Position numbers and translations under genes: made by a program
Part shown: positions 37,296-50,923 of the stretch, piece by piece
Position numbering within the stretch: position 1 is the stretch's first letter
How the letters are laid out: each line of letters begins with the position of its first letter
The notes under the pieces: model-generated
What the model saw: the letters and a program-made list of their open reading frames with translations, nothing else
What the model was told of the DNA's origin: nothing
Database searches by the model: none
Origin: Lama glama
Taxonomy: Eukaryota
Assembly: GCA_028534125.1 (NCBI GenBank)
Contig: CM052839.1
Span: 10,726,001-10,790,000 of the forward strand
DNA: 64,000 nucleotides
Direction: 5' to 3'

Positions 37296-38679
37296 CAATA
37301 TCCAGCGTGTTATACATAAAACACCAAAGGATATAAATCCTACACGTTTCAAATAACAGAAAGGTAAAGAATGCAGACTCTGTTAGTGCAAAGGTTCTAA
37401 GACCAAAGGGAGTTCAAGTTCTTGCTGGAGGGCTCCAATGTATTTATTTATTTATAGACAAGAAAATGCAGATTATCAGAGAGCAAAGGAGAAAAGAAAT
37501 CAGACCACTACAGGCCGTCAGTCCCATGAGTATGACTATGGCTCACATCAGTTCCATCTGAGTATTTCTCATTTTTAAACGTCCCTGAGCTCCTGAACTC
37601 CCAACACAGGCTAAATACCGCTTCGTTTTCCCAGCAGTTTTCTCTGACCCCTGTTTTTATTCAGTAAGGCTGAAATGGGTTATCCCATCAGTAAGACCTT
37701 GATTTTGACAAGTTGTAACGTGGGGCATTTTATATGCATGCTGTGAACTATCTTAATGAATGGAAATTAAATCAAGTTTGTCCAATTAAGGGAAGAAAGC
37801 AAATGATCATTTTCATGATAATTCATTTTTTTTTCATTTTGATCATTTAAACAATTCAGTTTAATTAGTATAAAACTCTTACCCAACTCCTGGCCTGATT
37901 AGTGTTGTCAGGCTATGAAGACCAGAAATTTGTTGGAAAGTTGGCATGAGTCTCCTCCAGATACAGTAGTTCAAGGAAGTGCAGCAGCTTCGGTGATGAA
38001 CAGAATCGTAATTCCCATCCCTGTGATTAGTTACAGACCATTTGCCAAACCACGCGTCTGGGAGGACCTCACCCAAGTCCGCGAGGGGTAGTATGGGTCA
38101 TGGTGGCCCCGGTGGTTTCGTCTGTCTCTCAGATTTCTATGATGCTAACATTTCTGTGTTGGTTATGGAGAAAGTATAACCATGTGGCTGTGGAGAACTT
38201 TAAAGGGGAGCTTGTATATGATTTTGGGTCCACAGAGCTTCAATACTTCCTGAAAGCCTTGTTCTGGAAGTAGAAGAGCGCTTTTCTGAGAGCCATAGAG
38301 TATCCAAGAGTGAGCTACATTCAGCTTCACCTCTGTAAAGATCTTCATCCAGTGTTTCCAAGATTTTAGCTATATCCGTGCTTCCTTCATTCTTACCTCC
38401 CTCAGTCTCCTCTCTCTCACTGAGAAAACTTATGTCATTCAGTATCAGCCTCACAACTACCTTCATACCACCCAGTCTGTCTCCATTTCTTTGCAGTTTT
38501 CTCTTTTCCTCTAACTTACTGTTCCTCTTTTCCAAGGCCAACTCTTCCGTGTGAGCTAGGGGCCCACCGCCTGGTTCTTAATTCAGAATTTTGCTCTAGT
38601 CTGTTCCTTCTTTTAATTTCTGACTCTCCCTCACAGTTTTTACATTCTCACCGCCCATGTTTACTTTCTCCCTTTTATG

Positions 38680-40900
38680 TTTTCCTATATTTCTTTACAA
38701 AATATTCTGGGATACAGAAAGCAATAAAACAAACACCCAGGCAATGAAGAACAATGCTGCAAAATAGAAACTTCTGGTGTGTACACGCCAGGGCTCCTTT
38801 ACAACAGGTGCCCAAAACATAGATTATTAAATTGTCTAGTACGTGTATTTCAACTTTACTATGACGTGCCAAGTCGCCCTTCCAAAGTGGTTGTACAGAT
38901 TTACTCTCTGCGTGAATACCTGTTTCCTCCTGACCTCACCAACACTTAGTTTATCTGGCATCCCCGTGTTTGCCAATGAGTATGAAATAGAATCTCACCT
39001 TTGTCCTTTCCCTTCTTACTTGCAACACTGGAGCATCTTTTACATGTTTATTCGCCATGCATATTCTGTTAGTTGCCTTTGTATATAGTTTGCGCTTTGG
39101 CTCTTGGGTTTTTTGTCTTTTTCTTATGGATTTGTAAGAGTTCTTTGTCTATTCTGGATACTAACCCTTGGCTCATTACATGGGTTGTAAATGTTTTTTG
39201 AAGTCTGTATCTGATTTTTGCTGTGCTGCTTAGTCTAAATGTTGTAAAACTTAGTCTTCTTATGTTTTGTGATTTTTGTGTTTCATAAATTTTGTCCTAT
39301 CCAGCACCATACAAATAATCTTTTGTATTTTATCTTTGGAATATTACTGTTTCATATTCATGTCTTTAATCCACTTGGAATATGTTTTTGTATTGTGTTC
39401 TAATTTTATTTTTTTGATACTAGTATTGAATTACCTAACATCACTTACTGACTTGCTCATTCCTTGTCTGCGCACTGATTTTTAGTATGAATTTTCTGTT
39501 TATATCTGGGTCTGTTTCTCAGCATTTCACTCACTTTTCCATTTATTTACCCACGTACCAATTTCACATTGTTTTAACTAACATAACTTTATAAGGAGAC
39601 TTGCTATCTGAGAGGGCAAAACCCCTTCCTATTCTTTACAAGCATCATGGCCATTCTTTACCCTTTGCTCTTCCATATAAATTTTAGAATACGATTGTCA
39701 GGACTGAGAAGGAAACCCAATTTGACTTTTTTCTTCTTGGAATGGCATCTTTGTGATACTGGTAATACTGAGTCATCCACCCATGAACACAGTGTTTCTC
39801 TCCATTCGCTTTGGGTTTCATTTATGCCCTTCAATATAGTATGTTACAGTTTTTACATCAAAATCTTGCACATCTTTTATATATTTATATTAAAAGCCTG
39901 CCTTATAGTTTTTGTTGGTATTCTAAATAACTTTTAAAATAACACTTTTTGCTGAAGTGCAGAATTGCCATTTTACTTCCAGTATTGCTTTTATATCCAG
40001 CAAACTTGTTGCTGAACACACTTATGAATTCTGATTGCTTATGTGTATATTCTCTTAGATTTTTCTATGTAGAAAATTAGATTTTGGTAGTAATAACTTT
40101 ATTATTTCCTTAACTATCCTATACATTTTATTTCTTTTCCCGGCTTTTAGCATAGTCTAAAGACTTCAGTGTAATCTTGAATAAAAAACATTAACAGTAG
40201 TCATGCTTGTCTTTCCCCTGATTTGAAAGAGAATATTTTAGTGTTTTGCCAGTAGATATGATGCTTGCTCTGGGTCTGTGATAGATATCTATTATCAGGT
40301 TAAGAGAAATCTCATTTATTTCTAGTTTGCTGGCAAACTAAATTTTCAGGAATTTTGCACATCTGTTTTGACGGTCATATTGTTTTACTTCTTTAATCCC
40401 TTAATGCAGTGAATTGTTTTCATAGATTTTTCTAATATTTAACCACCCTTACACTTCCAGGATAAACCCTAATTGGTCATCATATATTTATTTTTATATA
40501 TTTAGTTCAGATTTTTAAAAATGTATCCATTATATACTGCCTGATTAATATGCTAGTTTATCTAGCTTTCAGAATTTTGCCAATCTGGTGAAAAATAATA
40601 ATTAGGCATAGTTTCAAAGTACACTTCTATTACTATGAGTGAGGTTGAGTGTCTGTTCTAATGTTTGCCAATTTGATTTGTACAAACAATATTAGCTAGA
40701 CATAGTTTTGATGTACATTTCTGATATTGCAAGTGAGGTGAAGCATTTGCTTTTATGTTTAAGAGACAATTGTATTTTCTATACTGTGAACGACCTTTTT
40801 GTATCCTTCACCCCATTTACTATTGAATTATTGCCCTTCTCCTTTATTGCAAAGGTTCTTTACATATTAAGGAGATTAACTATTTAACTATAATCTGTTA
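38680..40900 (-). mobile_element. Old L1M ORF2/3' fragments
   Basis: T-rich L1 antisense motifs (ccaaagtggttgtac; ttccatataaattttagaat); boundaries approximate. Confidence 0.6.
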
Positions 40901-40929
40901 AACATATATTTTCTTCCTGCCTCCCCCTC

Positions 40930-41328
40930 CCTTTTTTTTTTTTTTGGTGAGATTATTTTAGTTCTACTCCCTTTATAGTCACATGTTATACATTAGATCC
41001 TCAGACCTTGTTCAGCTTACAAGTTTGAACCCTTTTACCAACCTCAGCTCTCTGTTTCTATGAGTTTGACTTTCTTTTAAATTCCATACAGGTGACACCG
41101 CACAGTGTTTGTCATTCTCTGTCCGGTTTATTTCACTTGGCATAATACTCTCCAGGTTCATCCATGCTGTTGCAAATGACAGGATAGTCTTCTTTTTTAA
41201 GGCTGGATCATATTCCATATTTTTTTGATTCACTCATCCATCAGTTGACACTTAGGTTGTTTTCAAGCCTTGGCTATTGAGAATAATGCTGCAGTGAACA
41301 TGGGAGTGCAGGTGTCTCAAGATAATGG
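40930..41328 (-). mobile_element. L1 3' end and ORF2 C-terminus
   Basis: T-tract, then L1 3'UTR; minus translation MEYDPALKKKTILSFATAWMNLESIMPSEI; runs into an N gap. Confidence 0.8.
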
Positions 41329-41477
41329 NNNNNNNNNNNNNNNNNNNNNNNNNNNNNNNNNNNNNNNNNNNNNNNNNNNNNNNNNNNNNNNNNNNNNNNN
41401 NNNNNNNNNNNNNNNNNNNNNNNNNNNNNNNNNNNNNNNNNNNNNNNNNNNNNNNNNNNNNNNNNNNNNNNNNNNNN
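41329..41477. other. Assembly gap (149 N)
   Basis: N run. Confidence 1.
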
Positions 41478-42348
41478 CTCCACATCCTCATATTTTCTTA
41501 ATTGGTTCTTTGGGTTTCACTGTTGTTGTTATATTTTGCCTATGGTGTTTTCACCATGCAATTTTTTATTTTTATGTAAAATATATATTTATATTTTTAT
41601 ATATAATTTGTCAATTTATACAGGTCAAATTTACCTGTCTTCAAAAGATATCTGTTTTGAGTTATAGTTAGTACTTCCCCACTCAGCGGTTATAAAAGTA
41701 TTTCCCTCATTTTTATTTTTTTATAGTTAAATCACTGATCCATTTGTAATTTATCCTAGTGTACAGAGAATATAAGGATCCAACCATAATTTTTATTCAG
41801 ATCCTCGCTTCCCTAATACCATGTATTGACTAGTTCCTCTTCCCCACCGATTTAAAATGTCATACTTACACTAAATCCAGTGAAGCCATCCCTGCTATCT
41901 CCCTTCCTTCTCGAAAAGAAAGTGAGGCTTGTTCTTCTTAAATATGTGGACTTACCTGTATTTTTCTCATGGACCTTTCACCCATGCCCTTGTAGCCATT
42001 TTATATCTAACTTATTTTTCCTGCTAAATGTTAAGCTCCTCGGGAGCACAATTTCTGCTAAAGTAGTTAATAAATAAATTCTTTAAGCCAAAGACAGGTG
42101 AAAGCACTTGTGCTACAGCTGCTGACCCAGGACAAGAGGGCGCCATCCACCCTGTTCCGTTCACCCCGTCTCATTGCCCTGCCCGGGGTTTGGAGTAGAT
42201 ACAGTGTCTGTCCAGTTCCAGCAGCAAGAGTGGTGGAACACAGCCTAAAACCCAAAGGCCCTGTGTGCCAAGTTTAGGTGACCTCTCGGGCCCAACAGCA
42301 CCCTGCAGAGATGCCGCAGCTGCCCATCCATGCTCTGTTTCTCCGCAG

Positions 42349-42491
42349 GAGAGATCCCAGAGCTCTACTCTGACGATGAAGTGGAAAACATCATAAGCAA
42401 CGTGAGGAACGAAGTCAAGAGCCGAGGGCTGGTTGACAACACAGAGAACTGCTGGAAGTTCTTTATAGATCGGGTCCGACGACAGCTGAAG
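42349..42491 (+). CDS. DNAH9: DNAH9 exon (10th)
   Basis: ccgcag|GA GAG ... AAG|gtacag; 143 nt; (G)EIPELYSDDEVENII...CWKFFIDRVRRQLK. Confidence 0.95.
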
Positions 42492-42866
42492 GTACAGGAG
42501 GACTTGCCGCCAGGGGAGGCAGGGCCGGAGATGGCACATGGGGGCTTCTCTGAGTATTCTGGCCACAGCCATCTGTATTGATTGTCTGGGGCGTGGGTGG
42601 CAAGGGGGCAGTGCCCTTCTCAGCCTGAGCCCCTGTGCAGGGATGCCCTTCTCCCATGCTTCGTGGGCAGTGGGCTCCCTCTCCCTTCGCACAGTCCCAG
42701 CATCTCTGCTCTCTTGGCTAGAGAGGCCAGCTAGCATTTACAGATTTTTGTCTCCAATGATGTGCTTCCCAATTTTCTGGCAAATAAGGAATCCAAAGCC
42801 ATGCTGTGTCTCTGTAAGTACTTCTTTGATACCTTCTTGGCGCTCCCCACCCTGCTGTCTTCTCAG

Positions 42867-43028
42867 GTGACTCTCTGCTTCTCCCCTGTGGGGAACAAAC
42901 TGAGGGTCCGCAGCAGGAAGTTCCCCGCCATCGTGAACTGCATGGCCATCGACTGGTTCCACGAGTGGCCACAGCAGGCGCTGGAGTCGGTCAGCCTCCG
43001 CTTCCTGCAGAGCTTGGAGGGCATTGAG
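42867..43028 (+). CDS. DNAH9: DNAH9 exon (11th)
   Basis: tctcag|GTG ... GAG|gtgaga; 162 nt; [25 protein letters not shown]...[10 protein letters not shown]. Confidence 0.96.
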
Positions 43029-43205
43029 GTGAGAGGGAGGAGGCGCCCTCAGGACCCCCTCTGCCTCAGGGTACGGGGGTCCCCACACCCGGCACTTTGG
43101 GATCATTGGAGCATAGCTTTCCACATGGTGAGGGCAAGCTGGGTGGTTGTCACCTCCAGTCTGCACGGAGGGGTGACCTCCTCATTCCCTGCTCTTCACT
43201 CTTAG

Positions 43206-43439
43206 CCCACCGTCAAGCCGTCCATTAGCAAGTTCATGGCTTTTGTGCACACAAGCGTCAACCAGACCTCCCAGTCCTACCTGAGCAATGAGCAGCGCTA
43301 CAACTACACGACCCCCAAGTCGTTCCTGGAGTTCATCAGACTCTACCAGAGCCTGCTGCACGGGAAGCGGCGGCAGCTCGAGGGCAGAACCCAGCGGCTG
43401 GAGAGCGGGCTGCGCAAGCTCCACGGCACCGCCGCCCAG
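43206..43439 (+). CDS. DNAH9: DNAH9 exon (12th), end of AAA4 and start of stalk CC1
   Basis: cttag|CCC ... CAG|gtgagc; 234 nt; RYNYTTPKSFLEFIRLY...RLESGLRKL. Confidence 0.95.
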
Positions 43440-43466
43440 GTGAGCGGGCCCGCGGGCCTCCACCCA

Positions 43467-43572
43467 GGACCGCAGGGTCACAGCCACGGGACCGCGGGGT
43501 CACGGCCTGGGGACGGCGGGGTCACGGCCTGGGGACCGTGGGGTCACAGCCCCGGGTCGGCGGGGTCACAGC
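43467..43572. repeat. GC-rich 22-bp minisatellite, about 4.8 copies
   Basis: gggtcac recurs at 43475, 43497, 43519, 43541, 43563. Confidence 0.9.
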
Positions 43573-45559
43573 TGCTCCGAGCACAGCGCGCTCCCCCAGA
43601 GGCCCCGGTGCCGTGGACCAGGGATGGGCTGAGCTCGGGAGCCAAAGGGCACACCCTCAGCTCCAGTGCGGTGGCTCCCTCTCACCCACGCAGGGACCCC
43701 GTGACATCCGTCTGCCTTCTCTTCTCCTCTTCATCGTCTCTTCCCTCTTCTCTCCTTTCCTTCTCTTCTCTCCAAGCCTGAGTCCTTTCACCTTTGGAGC
43801 CCAAAGAGGTGAATGGTTGGGAGAGGCGATTGCAAGGTCATCCCAATTTTCTTTTGTTTCTTGTGTGTTACCATGGATGTTATCTGTCAGAGAGCCCCTG
43901 GAGCCTAATTTCTTAAGCTAATCTGTCTCCTCCCACTTGCTTCCTCCTGTGTTCCTGAGTGGCTGGCCATCAGCAGAAGGCCTGTCATCCTGCCCTTGTT
44001 GTGCTTTTCTACTTACTCTTCCACGTGAGTTGAGTCCACCTTACTATGATTCCTTGAGAACTGGGGACAAGTCTAGCACCTTCTCTGCCCCTGCCCCTGC
44101 CCATCAAATGCTGCTGGTCCCTGGATGGCCCCTTCTGGTGCTCTGTTTGCCAGCAGCAGAGCCAGCCTCTTATTAAGGTAGTGAAATTTCATGCATTTAC
44201 ACAAACTAAAATTGGATGTCACATGTCCCTTAGATTTCTAAGCCTCTCATTTACTGTCGCTTTCTCAGAGCTCTGCCTTTGGAGCAGCTCTGTTGAACTT
44301 CCTCCTCCTGACCAGTCCTTTCTCCCCAATTCTGTTTCTAGATTCGTAGATGTCACATAGCTAAAGGATTTCACATGGCTCAGTGGGATGCAGTGAGCCC
44401 CTGCAGTCTGTACACATAGAATTTCTCCTGCTTGGGAAGTCTTTCTTCTGTCAGGTTTTGTTCATCTGGTCGGGCACCTCCTCCAGGAGAAATGGTGCGC
44501 TGGATGGCTTCCTTGTGCCCCACATCTGTTATCGCCTACTCATGGCTTTCATCCCTCTGGCCTTTTTCTCTGCATTCTGGGGGAGCTTTTCAGGTTTATT
44601 CTCAACAATACTAATCTCATCGTGTGCAATGCTGCTTCTGCTTCGTATGCGTCTAATGAAGACTTTAATTATGCTGCTGCATTTTTAATACCCCGACAGC
44701 CCTCCTCATCTCATCGTTGTCCCTTTCCAACATTGCTTTTTTATTTCAGCCTATTTTTCTGCAGTTGTATCACAGAAACCAGTCTACTGATGGTGCCAAA
44801 CAGCTTTCTCGACATTTTTTCTAGATCCAGGGATGGGGCATTTTCAGGGCCATGTTGTTCTTCTCCGTCTTCTAGATGCGATTCCTTTCCTTGTTCTGTA
44901 TTTCTGTGAAGACTTTTTTGTCTTTACCTCCAGGCATGGTGAGGTCTGTTCACACTCGATGCTCGTCAGCAAGTGGCACATGACAGCTGTCCGTGATGCT
45001 CCCCTCTTCCCAGCAGCGTCATGGCCAGCCCTTCTTAGAGCCACAGTCAGGGCAGGTGGAGGGTCACAGATCCCAGTCCAGGTCCTAGCAGCTTACCCGG
45101 TGTACACCTTGGCTAGAGAAAGGTAGCATCTTCTTGCCCCAGCCCCTTTCTTGTTCTCTCAGTCTCTGGACTTCTAAACCCAGCATTGAGAATCCGAGAA
45201 TGCAGCATTACAGATTTGTTAACACCTCTCACCTCTTCCTCTTCTGGTCTCCCCCACCTGCAGTGCCCTCAGAACATTCTGTATCCCCACCAGCCCCTGC
45301 TCTGCCTCCTACCCCTTTATCCTCTGGGAATCAATGACCAGTCTGTGTAGAGGACCATTGCTGGGGAGCATGCAGTTCTTGACACTCAGAGCAGCACCAG
45401 GATCCCCTCTTGTACAGACCCTGAGTCTGTAGCAGACAATGAAGACAGCGTGTTTTCCTTTTCCAGGCAGTCTCTACTTGACCAGGAGAAGCCTGGTTGT
45501 ACCGGTAGGTGAATCCAGCTCTGTCTGCACATGGTCAGCGAAGAATCATCCCAAGTCCT

Positions 45560-46682
45560 GGCATCAGTTTCCATTTCTTCTTTTGTTTTCTCTGCTTCAG
45601 TGAGTAATACTTCTATCCACCCAGATACCCAGCCTGGAAACTGCAGCATTATCTCAGACTCCTGACTCCTGTCCCTCCCTCACTCCCACATTCTGTGTGT
45701 TCTCCAGGTATCTCTCAAATGTACTCCTCTTGCTGTGTCCCCCATTTTAGATACTTCTTACCTGGATTTTGTCAATAAATTGAACTCTCAAGTGTCTCCC
45801 CCACCCCGGGCCCACTTCACCCACAACCTCTTGCATGACCCATCAGCCCACGTCCTTGAGGTCATCCTGGACTCCTTTCCTTCCTCTCTTCCTCTCACAG
45901 CCTGCACCTGGTCTACCAGAAAATCACTGTTGGCTCTACCTTCCAACATGCCCAGAATCCCGGTGCCTTGCACCCCTACACCTTAATCTGAGCCACTGAC
46001 ATCTTCTACCCAGGCAGCCTCGGTGCCCTCCTGACTGGTTTGTCCACCTCTGCTTCTGCCTTCTGTGGTCTGTCATCGACTGCACAGCCAGAGGGTTCAG
46101 CTTAAAGCACACATCATGTCACTTGTTTGCTCAAAACCCTGAGATGGCCCCTCTTTCCCTCATAACAGTGACTTCTAAGGCTCCTCCCCAGCCCTGTCCT
46201 GCTGACTCTCAGACCTCATCTCCTGCGGCCCCTGCCCTGTGATGCTGCTCTCGTAACCCCACTGCTTCTTGCTCTTTCCATAAGCACACCGGGCCTTCCC
46301 CTCAGCTGTTCCCTCTCCCTGAGATGCTCTTCCCTACTATCCCCAGGGCTTAAACTCCTCTTCTCCTTCAATTTTTTGTTCAAATGTCACCTTCCCAATG
46401 AATCCTGCCCTGATGGCCCTGTATTAAATTGCAGCCCTGTACCACTCCCGATGCCCTGTTCTGCTCTCCTGTATCTTTTCCCATAGCATCCCCACCTAAC
46501 ATATAATGCGCTGATTTGTTACATTTATCTTTGCTGCCTGTACCCTTCTTTTGGATACAAGCTCTGTAAGAGAAGGAGCCCTTATCTGTTTTGTTTGCTG
46601 ATTTATCCCAAATGCCGGAAACAGTGCCTGGACAGAGCAGACACTCATTAAGTATTTGCTGAAGAAATGAATGAATGAATAG
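45560..46682 (+). mobile_element. L2 LINE fragments with intact 3' end
   Basis: acagtgcctggacagagcagacactc...aatgaatgaatgaat terminus; C/T-rich L2 body. Confidence 0.7.
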
Positions 46683-46724
46683 CATTCTGCTTAGTCTCCC
46701 TGACTATATTTTGGCAGCATCCAG

Positions 46725-47207
46725 ACCAGCACTAGCCAATCAAAAATCCTGCAAGTCATAGATGCAGATTTAAAAATGGTTTCTAGTAGCTGCATTCAAA
46801 AAAGTGAAATAGATCAATTTTATTTTAATTATGTATTTTAAGAGTATATAATTTTATCATATGTTTTTTAAAATATATGTTATTTAACCCAGTCTATCCA
46901 AAATATTATCATGTAAACATGTAATTGATGTAAAAAAGCTATTAATAACTTTTATATTTACCTTTATATACCTATATACTTTAAATATAAATATGGTTTT
47001 ATATTTACCGTTTTCTTCTGCAAGGCTTCAAAAACTCGTGTGTATGATTACACTCACAACACACCTCAGCTGGGATAGGCCACGCTGTAAGCGCTTGCAG
47101 TCTAGATACTGCCAGGATACAGTCGGGGACAAAGTAGAATTGTAAGCCACCTTTTAAGTGCTCATTAACCACATGTGGCTTGTGACTACTAAGCTAGGCA
47201 GCACAGC
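46725..47207. mobile_element. MER33/MER3-like hAT-Charlie MITE
   Basis: ttctagtagc...; aagtgctcattaaccacatgtggct...gcagcacag end. Confidence 0.6.
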
Positions 47208-49948
47208 TCCAGACAGACCTCTCTCCTGCTCTTAGAGCAAGTGGTCTTGTTCAAACCACGAGTCCAAGGGCTCTCCTTAGTGATTTAGACGCTGCACTTC
47301 CGGCCCTCTGAACCTTCTAAACTGTGTCCCTGCATATAGCTCCATTCCCCCCTCTTTCCTTCTGCACTGGCCCCTGAAGTCCGTCAGTACTAACCATTAG
47401 AAGTTCCCCTAAACTCCACTGCTTGCTTACATCCTGTGTCTTTACATGTGCCCCCACCTTGTCAGCTTGTCACTGTCCTGACTGAGAAGAATGTGCTGCC
47501 CCTGCCCAGAAGCCCTTGCTAAGCTCTGGGCAGTTACGCATTCCCTTCTCTAGGCTTCCATCCTCGGACTGTGTTTCTTCTCTTGCGTATATCGTGCCAG
47601 ACTGTTAACCAGTCCCTCAAGGACAGAAATCAGGATTTACTGGCACATAGTAGGTGTTCTATAAATCGACAGATGGGTGGATGATCGGTGGATAGGCAAG
47701 TAAACAAATGAACAAGTTCTAAAATCACCTACAAGCTCAGAGAGGGGTGGAGAATGGGTCTTTTGCAAATACTGTTCCATGATGTATATGCCAAACTTAT
47801 TCATGGTTATAATGACGATTGTTCTGGTAAAAATGGTATCTGGGGTGCCCAGCTTTGATACACACCCTTCGTCTGGGGAATTATTCCTTTGGTAGATGAG
47901 GACTCAAGTACGTCACCATCATCTTGGTATAAGGGTGATGACATGAATTATATGGTCAGTATCCTTCAACCCAATTGTGGCAGCTGAGGCTAGATGAATC
48001 TCAGGGTGCAGGCTCCGACAGACCCTGCACTTCTCTAGCAATGACAGTAGTGTGAGAAGTACAATAATGGCAATAAGTAACAATTGTATGATAATCTAAC
48101 GTTTAATAAATTTTAGACTTACAATTTCATGCTTTGACTCAGATGGTCAGGAATGTAACTGTTTTTCTGTAACTGAATTTAACTTAGCTGTGGCTCTGTC
48201 TTTTTTCATTTAAGAGTAGAAAGCTCTTAATCTTACATTTTAGGTTGACTTGATCACTTCAGGTTAAAAACGCAAGTCTCTGGAGGGCAGCCAGTTCTCT
48301 CTCTTGATGTGGTCAGAGCCCCGCACTGACTGGGGTCTGTCTTCAGCTCTCACTGACGTCCACACCTCTGTATGTAACTCAGGTGTGTTCATGCAGAGGG
48401 GGGCTGTTGGATTGAAGAAATATTCGTAGAAGGCCTATAGGCCACTGCCAACTCTCTGCATGTAGGATTTAATCCACAAATCTCAATCTGGAAACTTTTA
48501 AATCCAGTTTATCTTGAGGTTTAAAACACCCTCAGACCACCAAACTTACCTGAAGTTGGCAGTTAATAATTTATGATGATGCATTTATCAGGACCCTTTT
48601 GGCTGCAAGTGAAAAAAAAACTAACTCAAATTCACGCAACAAAAGGGAAAAAATGAAAAGATGAAATGGACAGGAAGGGAGAGAAGGAGAAGGGTGGAGA
48701 AGGGGAGAGAAAATTTTGAGATTACATTATATAATATACTTATCAGCATTTTTTTGATGACAACTAACCAAAATCCAGCTAAAGTTGGTTTAGACAAAAC
48801 AAAATAAAAAGAAATGAATTGATTCATGTAATTGAAAAGTGTGGGTTAGCTTTTATTTTGGACAGGGCTGGAGTTTGATACTCACTAGATGTCCCTGCTC
48901 AGGCAGGCAGCCCCGTGGCCCTGAAATCTCAGGCTAGTGTTCCGTCTGCTTTGTAACTCCAGTGTAAAAGGAGTGCTTCCTTCCTGGGGTTTTCAGCCAA
49001 GTTCCTGGGCTGGCCCTGATTGGCCTCCTTGGATCATTGGTTTGCCCGTAGCTGAACCAATCTCCATGACGCGAACACTCTCCTTGGCCAAGCCAGGATC
49101 CATAACCACCACCAGGCAGCCTACCTGGAATACAGAGACTTGGGAAGGGGAGGTCTCCAAAGGAAAAGCAAACTAGATTACCAGAACATAGTTTGTTTTT
49201 ATTACTATTATCAGGCAGGAAAACATAACATACGTTTACTATAGATGGAAAACATCTATGTCTAAGAGGAAAGCCTGCTTGAAGTCCAAATACATATCAG
49301 AGAGTGCGGGCAACTATATGGATTCCAAGTCAAGAAGGAGGCTGTCTCTAGGCCTCCAGCCCTCAGTGCAGTATTTTTTGGGCTATTGATTATCCCGGAT
49401 TCCTTCTCCTCCTTCTGGACCCCTCGGTGGAAGGTCCTGGGAAGCTTGGCCTCTCTCTGTAGCATCACGTGCCTGGGCATTGAAGGAGGGAGGGTCTCCC
49501 ATCACCATCCTAACGTCCTCCACCCACCCACCCAGTCAGCACCCTCCCCTGGTCAGTGTTCATGGGGCCAGCATGAACAGGCCGAGGGAAAGGGCCTCTG
49601 CAGTGCTGTGGAACTTGCCCTTTCGCTCCTCCTACCCAGGTGTGGGAGTGTCTAAACAAGAAGAGACACAGAGGGTGGCTTGAATGCTCTGAATAAGGAG
49701 AAAAAAGGAGAGAAGAATTTAAAGTGACCTATTTCAGTTTCCTGTTCTATTGCAGAAAAGCCATAAAATGAACCTGAGCTGTGGCTTCTCTGTAGCCTGC
49801 GTCTGGCGGGCAGGACCCTCATGTCACTCCATGTCACCGCTTAAGAGCTATAAAGCCCCATTCACAGAGCTGGCGATTAGTCACCTTGGGCCCGAGGTCA
49901 TGCCGTATCCGCAATCGATAAAACAAACGACAATAACAACCAAAAGGA

Positions 49949-50088
49949 NNNNNNNNNNNNNNNNNNNNNNNNNNNNNNNNNNNNNNNNNNNNNNNNNNNN
50001 NNNNNNNNNNNNNNNNNNNNNNNNNNNNNNNNNNNNNNNNNNNNNNNNNNNNNNNNNNNNNNNNNNNNNNNNNNNNNNNNNNNNNNNN
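49949..50088. other. Assembly gap (140 N)
   Basis: N run. Confidence 1.
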
Positions 50089-50544
50089 CTCTGCAGCTGA
50101 ACAAGGGAGATGGAAATGGATTAACCTTCCAACATGGGCATATAAGATGCGTCCTAGGGAGCAGGCCTCCATCTGAGGTTAATGCAAAGTCTCCAGTTTC
50201 TATGAATACACAAAATTAAAGAGCATTCTTTTTTTTCCCGCCTTCATTTTCTTTTCTTTTGATCTGCCACGAAAAGGGAATTAGCAGCAGCGTCTAAGCC
50301 TCCGCTTTATTTTTCCCCTTATGCATTTTGCATCATAAAGCGCTTGAGTCTGTTTGACGTGTTCCAGGAGCTCTGAATCTTCGGCTGTTACGTGAAATCG
50401 ACTTCGGAAAAATGAGAGACAAGAGGTCATTCTGGAATGTAAAGTTTATGGGCCACATTGCAAATACAATTGGCTTTTTTTACTTTCCAGAAATAAATAG
50501 ACCTGAGTGTCGTCTTTGCACGTGAAAGGGCCATGACACTAGGC

Positions 50545-50732
50545 CAGCAATTCTCCAAGCTCAGCAGGCATCAGAGCCACGCAGAGGGCCTGTTAAAACA
50601 GAGATTGCAGGTCCCCACCTCCAGAACTTCTGATTCAGTAGGTCCAGACTGGGCCTGAGAATTTGCGTCTCTAACAAGTACCCAGGTGATGCCAGTGCTG
50701 CTGGTCCAGGGACCCCACTCTGAGAACCACCA
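50545..50732. mobile_element. MER5A-like hAT-Charlie MITE
   Basis: ttctgattcagtaggtc...gggcctgagaatttgcgtctctaacaag...tgagaaccac core. Confidence 0.8.
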
Positions 50733-50923
50733 CCCTGTACTGAACACACAGAAAACTGCTGGTCTCTCCTCAGCCGATCAGGGAGTAGAAGGTTGTATTC
50801 CCATGGCTCCATTACTGCCTCCAACTGCACGGGAATATGGAGGCAAGGGGGAGCCCCGCTGGCCCGGATTACTGGAATCCTTGCTGTCACACTTCAGCCT
50901 GGCCACCTGCTTCCCGAAAGGAC

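Noticed and set aside
37915-38091. 58-codon + strand ORF (MKTRNLLESWHESPP...) in non-repetitive intron
   Set aside because: Short, no recognisable homology, and within chance expectation.
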